DNA of 64,000 nt from Syntrophales bacterium (GCA_036825195.1 DAISYQ010000001.1:179629-243628); one strand, 5' to 3'; shown: positions 1-9,611, counted from the first letter of the stretch. Notes: generated by a model from the sequence alone, not told the origin. Numbers and translations: made by a program.

Positions 1-2
1 GC

Positions 3-176
3 TGTGAGGGAAATGGTAGAGGTGGTGTATATGATGAAGTTCTGTCGATAGTCGAAAAGGCCCTGATAAAAATTGCCATGAGACGCTCTAATAACGTAAA
101 AACAGCCGCTGCGGATTTCCTCGGTATCAACAGAAATACACTTCATTCCAAGATCAAGAAACTGAAGATACCGTAA
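3..176 (+). CDS. 3' fragment of a sigma-54-dependent (NtrC/Fis-family) transcriptional activator; the 5' end lies outside the window
   Basis: The frame is open from the window edge to TAA at 174-176. The translation ...EKALIKIAMRRSNNVKTAAADFLGINRNTLHSKIKKLKIP* is the typical Fis-type HTH tail of enhancer-binding proteins. Confidence 0.7.
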   Translation, partial: CEGNGRGGVYDEVLSIVEKALIKIAMRRSNNVKTAAADFLGINRNTLHSKIKKLKIP

Positions 177-305
177 TAACCGGTAATGATCAGATCCTTT
201 ATTGGTCGTACCGGCATCTCCGCTGGAATGCTCCTCTACCGTTCACCATTATTCTACCATCTTCAGCAGGGGGATATACAGGACGGTCTATCTCTCTACC
301 GATGG

Positions 306-1103
306 TTAGAGAAGCCGTTTGTCGAATGGATTGATACGGTTCAGAATGCGTATCATGCTATCATGTATAATCCTGTTTGACGCCACTATGCTCGGAGAGT
401 CGAGATGGTAGCTGTTACCTGAAATATCGGTGACGATTCCGCCAGCCTCACAGACGATGAGCCATCCGGCGGCCGTATCCCACTGGTGGAGCTTGAGTTC
501 CCAGAAACCATCAAAACGCCCCATCGCCGTATAGGCCAGATCGAGTGCTGCCGATCCTGCACGGCGGATAGCCTGGGCTTCCAGAGCCATCTCACTAAAA
601 TAGTTAATATTATTATTGGGATCCCTTCGTATATCATAGGGGAAACCCGTCGCCAGCAGGCTTTCCGAAATTTCCGTGGTTTGAGAAACTGAAATTGCTG
701 AACCATTCACGAATGCTCCGCCTCCCTTTTCTGCCACAAACAACTCCTCCGACACGGGATTGTGTACGACACCACATATGACCGCTCCATCTTTTTCCAG
801 AGCAATTGAAATGCAGAAAACGGGAAATCCGTGGGCATAGTTTGTCGTTCCGTCGAGGGGATCAATGATCCATCGATATGATGAACCTTTCCGTACCTCC
901 GTTGACTCCTCCGACAGAATATTATGATCGGGGAATTTCCGGCCGATTTCCGATACTAATATCGTTTCGGACATCCTGTCGGCCTCTGTTACAATATCGA
1001 TCTCTCCTTTGTAATCGATCTCGTGCTTCTCCTTAAATCTTTCTTTCAGAATCGCTCCCGCTTCCTTGGCGATTGATACGGCAAATTTCCCATACTCTGT
1101 CAT
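306..1103 (-). CDS. suhB: Inositol monophosphatase family protein (SuhB-like)
   Basis: 265-aa ORF with the IMPase signature WIIDPLDGTTNYAHGFP. An SD (GGGAGA) precedes the ATG at 1103. Confidence 0.9.
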   Translation of the reverse strand: MTEYGKFAVSIAKEAGAILKERFKEKHEIDYKGEIDIVTEADRMSETILVSEIGRKFPDHNILSEESTEVRKGSSYRWIIDPLDGTTNYAHGFPVFCISIALEKDGAVICGVVHNPVSEELFVAEKGGGAFVNGSAISVSQTTEISESLLATGFPYDIRRDPNNNINYFSEMALEAQAIRRAGSAALDLAYTAMGRFDGFWELKLHQWDTAAGWLIVCEAGGIVTDISGNSYHLDSPSIVASNRIIHDSMIRILNRINPFDKRLL

Positions 1104-1243
1104 TTCATTTCTCCCTGATACGATAGTATCAGGGAGGTTCTTAACACTATTTTAAAAAACGTTAAAACAAAATCTGTTGCTTCCCTCGTTGATTAATGAT
1201 AGGTTTTACAATAATTTTTAAAGGATCTGGCGTATCGGCTGTT

Positions 1244-2308
1244 ATGGGCAAGAGGGAAAATGACATTGATACAATAGAAGTGAATGTCAGTTCGGATGAT
1301 CCCGTTCTTGATTTGAAAGCGATTAGGGAGGCCAAGGGTCTTACCTTAGAAGAGTTGACCTCCTCCACGAGAGTGAGTCCTTCAAATCTTAAAGCCATCG
1401 AAAACCAACAATTTGATAAGCTTCCTGAGCCGATATATGCGAAAGCTTTTATTGATACGTACGCTCGTGCACTTGACATTGACAGCAACGAAATCCTCTC
1501 TCGTTACGACAAATTTCTGGTGAATCTTGCGCCCGATGAAAACCGGCACAAACTGCTAAAAAAGCTCGCACCGAAAAAAAGTCACACGAAATTTTGGATC
1601 TGGCTCGTCATTGCATCCTGTGTGATCGTATGCATAGGAGTTTTTTCTTTTTATCAATGGAGTCAGGACGGCGGTCAGAAAATCCAACAACTGGCATCTG
1701 TCGGAGAGATTAAGCCTGCCGGAGGGATCAAGGATACCACCGTGGAAGTTCCCTCAGCACCTGAAAAAGAGGCTGCCACCATTGCGGAAAATGATCTTCA
1801 GGATTCGTCAGCGGAGATGGCCGCACCGGAGAACGAGGGTATCGACACCGAAGGAGATGGGAATGAACCGGAGGTGCAGGAAACAGACGTGGTAGACAGC
1901 TCTGATGCCGATACCATACAAGATACCGCACCTGCAATCGCAGAAGAGGTACCGTCGAAAGAGGGGGGCGCCCAGCCGGTGGAAGAGGGTCCTCAACAGG
2001 AGAGTACAGATCAGCAGGAGGTTACGGTACAACAGCCTGCCGACGATGCTGTAACCGACAACGAGGGATCGTACATACTTGTTATCGCGGCATCCGAATT
2101 GACTTGGATACAGATCCAACGGGATGCGGGAGCGGCAGCAGAGATCATGTTACGACCGGGTGAAAAAATTACAAAAAGGGCATTGGAGAAATTCAGCCTT
2201 ATCATTGGTAATGCGGCGGGTGTGGATATCAGCTTTCAGGGAAAACCCCTCGGCCTTTTAGGCAAACACGGCGAGGTTGTCCACCTGATATTACCGGCTG
2301 ATATATAA
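1244..2308 (+). CDS. rodZ: RodZ-like cytoskeleton/cell-shape protein (HTH, TM helix, acidic linker, DUF4115-like C-terminus)
   Basis: N-terminal HTH (LKAIREAKGLTLEELTSSTRVSPSNLKAIE...YAKAFIDTYARALDID). One TM helix (FWIWLVIASCVIVCIGVFSF). Asp/Glu/Pro-rich linker. C-terminal beta domain (LVIAASELTWIQIQ...GNAAGVDISFQGKPLG). The start is ambiguous (1196 or 1244). Confidence 0.8.
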   Translation: MGKRENDIDTIEVNVSSDDPVLDLKAIREAKGLTLEELTSSTRVSPSNLKAIENQQFDKLPEPIYAKAFIDTYARALDIDSNEILSRYDKFLVNLAPDENRHKLLKKLAPKKSHTKFWIWLVIASCVIVCIGVFSFYQWSQDGGQKIQQLASVGEIKPAGGIKDTTVEVPSAPEKEAATIAENDLQDSSAEMAAPENEGIDTEGDGNEPEVQETDVVDSSDADTIQDTAPAIAEEVPSKEGGAQPVEEGPQQESTDQQEVTVQQPADDAVTDNEGSYILVIAASELTWIQIQRDAGAAAEIMLRPGEKITKRALEKFSLIIGNAAGVDISFQGKPLGLLGKHGEVVHLILPADI

Positions 2309-2448
2309 AAACAAGTATTGACAAGGATTGTCTTATACCCTAATCTCCACCAATACAACCCATCGAGAATCACAATGTATGGGGATTAGATTTTAAAACA
2401 ATCGTAAGACAGGGATTGCGATACCCTGTGTCGAGAGGTGAATCACGT

Positions 2449-2640
2449 ATGTTCGGAATAGGCGTGCCAGAGCTGTTGATTATCCTAGTGATTATTCTGA
2501 TTATCTTTGGTGCCGGTAAGCTTCCTGAAATAGGCGGTGCCATAGGCAAGGGCATCAAAAACTTCAAGAAATCTTACCAAGATAACGACGAGGTGGAAAA
2601 CGCCGAGGGTACCAAGAAGATCAACAACGACAGCAAGTAA
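2449..2640 (+). CDS. tatA: Twin-arginine translocase subunit TatA/E
   Basis: [41 protein letters not shown] is a canonical TatA N-terminus. SD GAGAGGTG lies 8 nt upstream of ATG 2449. The tracked ORF start at 2416 is probably too early. Confidence 0.9.
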   Translation: MFGIGVPELLIILVIILIIFGAGKLPEIGGAIGKGIKNFKKSYQDNDEVENAEGTKKINNDSK

Positions 2641-2818
2641 TCCATTTCGAGACAGACGGAGGTGGTCCATCGAGTCATTATCGATCCTACAAATTTCTGT
2701 AGGTTGTCGGAACGCCAACCGTAAGATGCTCCCTTCGGCCTCGTAATATCATCACGAAGAAGGATTCCCGCCTTTCAAAGTATCAAGCCCCAAAATTTCC
2801 GGATCCTTCAGCCATATC

Positions 2819-3523
2819 TCATAATGACTTCTCAGGCTTTTCAGAGGGCAGAAGGTACGATTCAACAAAATCCATGACAAATCGGGCATAGTCCTCCACG
2901 GACACCTTTCTTCTTCGGTATTTCCACCGCTTAAGATACCAGTCCTGAAGCACGGCCTTGATGACGGCCGCCGTGAGATCCCCTTCAACGGTCGCAAAGA
3001 GCCCCGCCGCAATACCTTCTTCAACGATGTCGGAAAAGATATTTTCCGTAAACAGCTCCGCCTCGATGGCTTTTTTGTGTGTGTCTTTATTGAGGTTTTT
3101 GGTCTCCATATAGGCAAAGTAAAACCAGAGTTGCATGACTTCACTGAGATACAGGTGAGTCTGTATCGCCCTTCTCAGTTTCTGATGCGGATCGTCGATT
3201 CCTTCAATCTGGTCGGCAAGCACCTTCACAACAAGGGTTTGCCCCTGGGTTTGTATCATATCGAGGAGCTCTTCCTTACTGGAAAAATAGGTATAGAGGG
3301 CGCCCATGCTGAGTCCCGCTTCGGTGCTCAACTCCCGAAGGCTCATGGCCGTAAATCCCTTCTTGTTGCTTATGGCGAGTGCCGCATCGAATATCTTGAC
3401 AAGATTCTTGACGGCAACACCCTCTTTCTTTATCTTTATTTTTTCCCTGTTTTCCAGAAAGAGTTCCCTGCAGATATCCTCCTCGGAAAGATTGACCATC
3501 TTTTTAAAGGTTTCAAATCTCAC
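2819..3523 (-). CDS. TetR/AcrR-family transcriptional regulator
   Basis: 234-aa ORF. The N-terminal HTH region (AVKNLVKIFDAALAISNKKGFTAMSLRELSTEAGLSMGALYTYFSSKEELL) is typical of TetR_N. It starts 9 nt after the upstream acyl-CoA dehydrogenase stop, so it is probably the last gene of the operon. Confidence 0.85.
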   Translation of the reverse strand: MRFETFKKMVNLSEEDICRELFLENREKIKIKKEGVAVKNLVKIFDAALAISNKKGFTAMSLRELSTEAGLSMGALYTYFSSKEELLDMIQTQGQTLVVKVLADQIEGIDDPHQKLRRAIQTHLYLSEVMQLWFYFAYMETKNLNKDTHKKAIEAELFTENIFSDIVEEGIAAGLFATVEGDLTAAVIKAVLQDWYLKRWKYRRRKVSVEDYARFVMDFVESYLLPSEKPEKSL

Positions 3524-3532
3524 GTTCGCCTC

Positions 3533-4741
3533 TTACCTCACTTCTCGATCCTTGTATTCCCTCAGAATCCTGCGGGCAACGGACACCTTGTGCACCTCGT
3601 CCGCACCGTCATATATCCTGGCTGCCCGTTCATGGCGGTAATAATAGGGAATTATGCAGTCATCCGTCATCCCCAGTCCTCCGTGGACCTGCAGTGCCTT
3701 GTCCATTACATTCTGCATCACATTCGCCACGTAGAATTTGATGAGAGAAATATCCTCTCGCACCTCTTTGACGCCATGGTTCTCGATCTTCCATGCGGTA
3801 TGGAGTGTGAACAGCCGCGCCGCCTGTATATCGGCGGCACACTCGGCAATCCAGGCCTGAATGATCTGCTTTGTTGCAAGGGTCCTTCCATCCGGTGTCA
3901 CCACCCTCTCCGATGCCCGTTTGCACATGAGGTCAAACATCCTCTTGCAGATTCCCAGCCATCTCATACAGTGATGAATGCGGCCCGGTCCGAGTCGCTC
4001 CTGGGCGATGACAAATGCATGTCCTTCCGGACCCAGAAGATTTGTCAGGGGCACGCGACAATTCTGATACATGATCTCTCCATGACCGGTATAATCCGTG
4101 CCTGCTTCTCCCATGACCGGGATATTCCGAACCTGATTGAAGCCGGGGGTGTCGGTGGGAACGATGATCATACTGGTCCGAAGATAGGGAGGATTTTCCG
4201 GGTTTGTCGTGGCCATCACAATGGCAAAGGCAGCGCCGTCCGATGAAGAGGAGTACCACTTATGACCATTGATGACATACTCGTCCCCATCTTTGACGGC
4301 CGTGGCATTCATCATCACCGGGTTGGAGCCGGGCATGTCGATCTCGGTCATGGAAAAACAGCTCCTCATATCTCCCGCCACGAGCGGTCTGAGCCACTTC
4401 TCTTTCTGCTCGTCGGTTCCGTACTTGTAAAGGATCTCTATATTACCGGCATCAGGGGCCTGACACCCAAAAACGTAGTGACCGATGGGCGATCTACCCA
4501 GGGATTCGGATACAAAGGCATGTTCCACAAGATTAAGACCCATGCCGCCGAATTCCTTCGGATGATTCGGGGCCCAGAGCTCCATCTGTTTCACCATTTT
4601 TCTCTTTTCCGCAAGCACGGGGAGCATCTCCCTGAACGTCTTGTTCAGAAATTCGGGCTCGAGGGGTATGAGTTCCTTATCTACAAACTCATCGATCATG
4701 CCCGTAATAACCTGGATTGTTTCAGGTATTGAAAAATCCAT
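3533..4741 (-). CDS. Acyl-CoA dehydrogenase, FadE2 / ACAD10-11 C-terminal-domain type
   Basis: The sequence from MDFSIPETIQVITGMIDEFVDKELIPLEPEF... onward has ACAD-fold length and motifs (MTEIDMPGSNP, RIYDGADEVH). SD AAGGAGG precedes ATG 4741. The tracked ORF start at 4819 is probably too early. Confidence 0.85.
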   Translation of the reverse strand: MDFSIPETIQVITGMIDEFVDKELIPLEPEFLNKTFREMLPVLAEKRKMVKQMELWAPNHPKEFGGMGLNLVEHAFVSESLGRSPIGHYVFGCQAPDAGNIEILYKYGTDEQKEKWLRPLVAGDMRSCFSMTEIDMPGSNPVMMNATAVKDGDEYVINGHKWYSSSSDGAAFAIVMATTNPENPPYLRTSMIIVPTDTPGFNQVRNIPVMGEAGTDYTGHGEIMYQNCRVPLTNLLGPEGHAFVIAQERLGPGRIHHCMRWLGICKRMFDLMCKRASERVVTPDGRTLATKQIIQAWIAECAADIQAARLFTLHTAWKIENHGVKEVREDISLIKFYVANVMQNVMDKALQVHGGLGMTDDCIIPYYYRHERAARIYDGADEVHKVSVARRILREYKDREVR

Positions 4742-4870
4742 GTGACACCTCCTTCGAGGATATGTTGTGATCATGATTGGGTTTACAAGATTGCACTCCC
4801 TTGTGTTTCTTATGGACAAACATATGAAACCCCGAACGGTTTATGCTTTCAATGCAAGGATATAGATGCC

Positions 4871-5938
4871 TTACAGAGAGCCCTTTTCTAGTGCCCGCAA
4901 CGCCGCCCGTTCCAGGATTTGAACCCCCACGATCATCATCTGGAACCTCTGATCGGATGTCTGTCCGTGATAGTAACGGTAGTAGATCTGCTGGGCGATA
5001 ACCGCCAGGCGGAACAGACCGAAACAGTAGTAAAAGGTGATATCATCAAATGATATGCCGGATTTTTCCGCGTAGAGATCGATCTGTTCTTTCCGGGTCA
5101 TCGCAAACTCGATTGGCTCCGGCATAAACCGCAGCATCTGCAGTTCGGGCGGATCATTTTTTTCCACACGATATGCCAGAATATTCCCGATATCCATGGC
5201 CGGATCTCCGATGGTGGCCATCTCCCAATCCAATACCCCGATAATACTGGTCGGATCGTTGATGTCGACGACCATGTTATCGAGCTTGAAATCGTTATGT
5301 ACAATGGCCGCGCGATCGGGATCGGGGGGCATGTTTGCATGAATCCATGACATGATAACTTCACAATCCGGAGCATCAGGGGTGCGAGCCTGACGGTAGC
5401 GTTCGCTCCAACCTTCGACCTGGCGCTGTATATATCCTTCGGGCTTGCCGAAGGTCTCGAGCCCGACCTGTTTGTAATCGATGGAGTGCAGACGGGCATG
5501 CACATCCACCATGTTTTCGTTCAACGCACGGGCCTGATCCGGGTTGAACATGACACCATCGGGAAGCTCCTTCCTGATTACCATCCCCTTGATACGCTTC
5601 ATCAGATAGAATGGACTGCCCAGTATGGAATCGTCTTCCGTATACAGAACAGGTGCCGGACACCAGGGGAACACCCCGTGCAGTGCACCCAGAATCGTGT
5701 ACTCCCGTTGCATATCATGGGCGGTCTTTGCCTTCCTGCCTATGGGAGGCCGTCTGAGAATCAACTCTTCGTTCCCGATCCTGACAAGATAGGTGAGGTT
5801 TGAGTGACCGCCGGGAAATTGTTTGAGCATGACAGGGCCTTTCAGACTCGGGAGAGCCTCTTTCAGAAATGACTCTATCGTGCCGATATTGAGTTCCTCT
5901 CCTTTCCTGGCCGAGACCGCCTGGTCTGCTGCTTTCAT
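4871..5938 (-). CDS. Aminoglycoside-phosphotransferase-fold kinase, ACAD10/11 N-terminal-domain / LvaA-like
   Basis: Catalytic loop IVHNDFKLDNMVVD (HxDxxxxN) and metal-binding VLDWEMATIGDPAMD. It is adjacent to and co-directional with the FadE2-type ACAD. SD AGGGGGGTGG precedes ATG 5938. Confidence 0.8.
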   Translation of the reverse strand: MKAADQAVSARKGEELNIGTIESFLKEALPSLKGPVMLKQFPGGHSNLTYLVRIGNEELILRRPPIGRKAKTAHDMQREYTILGALHGVFPWCPAPVLYTEDDSILGSPFYLMKRIKGMVIRKELPDGVMFNPDQARALNENMVDVHARLHSIDYKQVGLETFGKPEGYIQRQVEGWSERYRQARTPDAPDCEVIMSWIHANMPPDPDRAAIVHNDFKLDNMVVDINDPTSIIGVLDWEMATIGDPAMDIGNILAYRVEKNDPPELQMLRFMPEPIEFAMTRKEQIDLYAEKSGISFDDITFYYCFGLFRLAVIAQQIYYRYYHGQTSDQRFQMMIVGVQILERAALRALEKGSL

Positions 5939-5963
5939 CACCACCCCCCTTTCGTAGGTACAT

Positions 5964-6941
5964 TTACGATCCTTCAAATAATCGACGCGGATTGTCTACC
6001 ATCATGGTTGTGATCTGCTCCTCAGTTATTCCGGCCTTTTTCAAAACGGGAAGCACCTCTTCAAAGATGCGGGTGGGCCTCCAGTTCGGCATCCCTTTCG
6101 AGATGATCTTCGAAACGCCTGGCCTGGCCAGCCAGAAATTAACCCAGTCATGGGAGAGCATAATCTGCGTCGCATAGCCTAATCCCAAAAGACCGATCAG
6201 ACACGCCTCACGACGCGAATCAGGCGGTGCTCCAACGATACCTTCGACTCCGAAACGATCGAACCCGATGTATACTCCCTTTTCCAGGATACGCATCAGA
6301 TATTCCATATCGGTGCTGCCGCCAATATGGCCTATCATGACACGTTGAGGGTCCGCCCCTTCGGCAATCAGCAGTTCCGCCTGCTCAAGCCCCATGGTGC
6401 CCTTCTCTGTGTGGGTCAGGATAGGAATCGCTTCTTCCTTCGAGACTTTTGCAGCCGCTCTGAAAAACATCTCTTCATAAGCGGAAATTACGCCTTTACT
6501 TGATGCCAGTTTCAATACTCCGGGTCTTATGCCCGTTGTGCCTATACCGTCGATCACCTCTTTCTTAAACATGTCGTATATCTGTGTGACACCTTTTCCG
6601 AATTTACTCATTGTCTTGAAATACGGGGAAGCACCCTCCGCTTCCGAATAGTATCCCGAAGCACAGATGATATTGAGTCCACTTTTCTCCGCAATTTCCC
6701 GCAACAACAGCGGATTGCGGCCGCAGTCATTCGTCGTGGCGTCCACGACGGTATTCACTCCGTGGGCCATGATATTTTCCGCCATTTCCAATCCAGCGTT
6801 TATACAGGCATTCCGATCGAACGGTGCCAGGGTGATGTCTCCTTCAAAGCCTGGATAACCAAAGACAAAGTGCTCGTGCATCAGTGTCGTGCCTAAAGCA
6901 TCCGATGGTACGGTCCCTGATACAGTCTGAATTTTCCGCAT
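5964..6941 (-). CDS. Phosphotriesterase-family (PHP / PTE-like lactonase) binuclear-metal amidohydrolase
   Basis: 325 aa. The metal-ligand pattern is intact: LMHEHF (HxH), VLKLASSKG (Lys), LTHTEKG, MIGHIGGS, MLSHDW. SD AGGAGG is upstream. Confidence 0.85.
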   Translation of the reverse strand: MRKIQTVSGTVPSDALGTTLMHEHFVFGYPGFEGDITLAPFDRNACINAGLEMAENIMAHGVNTVVDATTNDCGRNPLLLREIAEKSGLNIICASGYYSEAEGASPYFKTMSKFGKGVTQIYDMFKKEVIDGIGTTGIRPGVLKLASSKGVISAYEEMFFRAAAKVSKEEAIPILTHTEKGTMGLEQAELLIAEGADPQRVMIGHIGGSTDMEYLMRILEKGVYIGFDRFGVEGIVGAPPDSRREACLIGLLGLGYATQIMLSHDWVNFWLARPGVSKIISKGMPNWRPTRIFEEVLPVLKKAGITEEQITTMMVDNPRRLFEGS

Positions 6942-6969
6942 GTTTCAACTCCTCCTGATGTAGATATGA

Positions 6970-8655
6970 TTACATATTCTTTAGTTCATTTTTTAATATT
7001 TTTCCACCAGGATTCTTGGGAAGCATGGTATTGGTTACGACAACATAATCGGGCACCTTGAAATCCGCGATACGTTTGCGGCAAAAATCTTTAATTTCAT
7101 CCTCTGAGAGGATCTCACCCGGTACCGGCCAGATCACCGCCTTTGTTTTTTCACCCAGTACCGTGTCCGGAACGCCGACGACACCGACTTCAAGCACCTT
7201 GGGATGCAGGCTGATCAGGTTTTCGAGTTCAACGGAATAGACATTCTCGCCACCCCTGCATATCATGCTTTTAATGCGGTCCACCACATAGGTATAACCG
7301 TCATCATCCATGTAGCCCAAATCTCCCGTTTTAAACCAGCGCCTGTCATTTTCGTCGGTACAGAAGCTTGCGACTGTCTCTTCCGGCAGGTTCCAGTACC
7401 CCGGGCTGATTGAGGGGCTGCATGCCAGGATCTCGCCGGTCTCTCCCCGGGCCACGTCGCGCAGTTGTGAATCGACGATGCGCAGACCGCTGTTCCCCAT
7501 GGCACCCCCAACGCTGCCGGGCTTGGAAAGGATCGTGTCCCAGTCACCGGCCATACCCAGCAGCCAGCCGGCGGAAGCCCCTTCGGTGAAACCGTAGCCA
7601 TTTCCAATGCGGGAATTCGGAAAATCTTCTGAGAGCCTGAGGCACATCTCGGGTGGCATGGGGGAACCGCCCTGCAGGATGTAGGCAAGTTTGTTGGCCT
7701 TCACGAGGTCGGGATAGCGAGGCTGGAGGCTTAAAATCCAGTACATGGCGGCAACGATGATGGTGAAGTTTATCTTTTCATCGATCAACGCATCCAACAC
7801 CTGTCCCGGGCTGAAGGTGGTAACTGCTACGGCCGAGGCACCCATGAGGTTCAGATTGATCAGGGTATGCAGTGTGGTGACATGAAAAAAGGGCGTCACA
7901 ATCAGTTGCTTCCATTCGCTGATGTCCGTGTCGGGATCATAGATCTTTGCCAGGGAGTGTTTGCAGTTCATGGCATTGTTGATCACGCCGCGGTGCAGGG
8001 TAATGGTTCCCTTGGGCCTACCGGTTGTGCCTGAGGTATAGATCAGACTGCAGATATCTCGCTCGGTTACGTCAACCAGGACTTCACGGGGAGCCTTTTT
8101 CTCCATCATAGCGCCGAGCGGTATCGCCGAGTCTTTTGCCTCCGTGCCGGAAACAAAGAGGTACCGCAGATTGGGTACTATCCTCTCAATATCCTTAACG
8201 GTCTCCCACAGGCTCGCTTCTATTGCCGCGGCGATGCAACCGCTGTCTTCGAGCTGCCTCCGGGCCTCGTCTGCGGCAAGCCTTGCATTGATAATAACGG
8301 AAATGGCCCCGATCTGCGACAATGCCAGATACATGACGAAGGCCTCGGGAATATTGTTCATCATGATTGCAACCCGTTCGCCCTTTTCAATGCCGTAGTC
8401 CTGCTGCAGGCAGTAGGCAACGTTGTTGACCACCGCATCAAATTCATTGTAACTCCAGCGGATGTTGAAATCCGGGAAAAAGAGCATCTCCCTGTCACCA
8501 AACCGGGCCACCCCTTCTTTCATGAGTTCGGTCAACGTCCCATACCGGCAGGCCCATACATCCTGAATCTCGTTTTCATAGCGTACCCTGATTACCCCGT
8601 CCCTTGGCCATTGCAGAGGCGGCGTAAGGGACACGTGAGAAGATCTTCTTGACAT
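6970..8655 (-). CDS. AMP-forming acyl-CoA ligase (adenylate-forming superfamily)
   Basis: AMP-binding core IYTSGTTGRPKGTI, GYGFTE, TGDLGYMDDDGY, and a C-terminal K in PKNPGGKILK. SD AAGGAGGG precedes ATG 8655. The tracked start at 8688 is an alternative. Confidence 0.85.
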   Translation of the reverse strand: MSRRSSHVSLTPPLQWPRDGVIRVRYENEIQDVWACRYGTLTELMKEGVARFGDREMLFFPDFNIRWSYNEFDAVVNNVAYCLQQDYGIEKGERVAIMMNNIPEAFVMYLALSQIGAISVIINARLAADEARRQLEDSGCIAAAIEASLWETVKDIERIVPNLRYLFVSGTEAKDSAIPLGAMMEKKAPREVLVDVTERDICSLIYTSGTTGRPKGTITLHRGVINNAMNCKHSLAKIYDPDTDISEWKQLIVTPFFHVTTLHTLINLNLMGASAVAVTTFSPGQVLDALIDEKINFTIIVAAMYWILSLQPRYPDLVKANKLAYILQGGSPMPPEMCLRLSEDFPNSRIGNGYGFTEGASAGWLLGMAGDWDTILSKPGSVGGAMGNSGLRIVDSQLRDVARGETGEILACSPSISPGYWNLPEETVASFCTDENDRRWFKTGDLGYMDDDGYTYVVDRIKSMICRGGENVYSVELENLISLHPKVLEVGVVGVPDTVLGEKTKAVIWPVPGEILSEDEIKDFCRKRIADFKVPDYVVVTNTMLPKNPGGKILKNELKNM

Positions 8656-8840
8656 GGCTCCCTCCTTTTTTATGGTCGTACATGACATGAATTTGACAGC
8701 ATCTGTCTTGTACTGTGCAATGCATCGTGTGTCAACAAAATAATGAGCGAGCGCTCGTTTTTTAATTGCAATATTTCACCCGCTACAGTACCATCTGGCA
8801 GAATGCATAAATACAAATGTATCTCAGGACTGGATGGTGT

Positions 8841-9611
8841 ATGAAAATTCTGGTATGCGTAAAGCAGGTTCCCGACTCTGATGGGGCGATATCCATAAGC
8901 ACCTCAGAGAGCAGGGTCGTCTTTGAGGGGACCTACCGGATGAACCGCTTTGACGAGTATGCCTTGGAGGAAGCCCTCCGGATACGGGAAAAGATATCCG
9001 TCGAGACCATTGATATCGTATCGGTAGGTCCCGTCAGGGTCGAATCGACGATACGAAAATCCTTAGAGATGGGCGCATCGAGGGGCTTTCATATCTTCAT
9101 CGAAGGTGAGGAACACATGAACCCGTTTGAGACGGCCACACGGATTGCATCATTTGCCGGAAGGGAGGGGTACGATCTCATTCTCACCGGAGTCATGGCC
9201 GAAGACGATATGCAGAGCCAGGTAGGTCCGATGATCGCCGAGATGCTCGGTTATCCCTCCGCATCGTCCGTCATCTCCGAGGACATAGATCAGGAAAAAG
9301 GAATCCTCTACGCAGAGCGGGAAATCGAATCGGGGATGAGGGAATGCATCGAAATGCAACTCCCCGCCCTGATCACCGTACAGTCGGGCATTAATCGCCC
9401 CCGCTACCCCGCACTTTCGCACGTACTGCGGGCGCGATCCCAGAGAATAACAGTACTCACGGAAAACCCGGGAGAGGAACCGGCAAAACGGGAAAAGATC
9501 GTTACCTTCAGGTATCCCGAGACGACATCGAAGGGGCTGTTCCTGGAAGGCGAAACGAGAGAAAAGGCCAGGGAACTCATGCAGATATTGCACGAGAGAA
9601 CAATCATATGA
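8841..9611 (+). CDS. etfB: Electron transfer flavoprotein beta subunit
   Basis: Canonical N-terminus MKILVCVKQVPD with EtfB-length architecture. Its stop overlaps the etfA start (ATGA). Confidence 0.9.
   Translation: MKILVCVKQVPDSDGAISISTSESRVVFEGTYRMNRFDEYALEEALRIREKISVETIDIVSVGPVRVESTIRKSLEMGASRGFHIFIEGEEHMNPFETATRIASFAGREGYDLILTGVMAEDDMQSQVGPMIAEMLGYPSASSVISEDIDQEKGILYAEREIESGMRECIEMQLPALITVQSGINRPRYPALSHVLRARSQRITVLTENPGEEPAKREKIVTFRYPETTSKGLFLEGETREKARELMQILHERTII

Noticed and set aside
186-380. 64-aa plus-strand ORF between the activator fragment and suhB
   Set aside because: It overlaps the 3' end of suhB on the opposite strand and has no SD or motifs.
1700-2050. Low-complexity Asp/Glu/Pro/Thr-rich stretch
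   Set aside because: It lies inside the rodZ reading frame, where it forms the typical disordered linker between the TM helix and the C-terminal domain. It is not a separate feature.
3077-4246. 389-aa ORF on the plus strand
   Set aside because: It runs antisense through the TetR and acyl-CoA dehydrogenase genes and has no recognisable motifs. The opposite strand carries clear family signatures, so this is a shadow ORF.
8796-8812. TGGCA...GCA sequence considered as a sigma-54 promoter (a sigma-54 activator fragment is at the window start)
   Set aside because: The GG-to-GC spacing is wrong for the -24/-12 consensus. The same is true of TGGCAG at about 54527.
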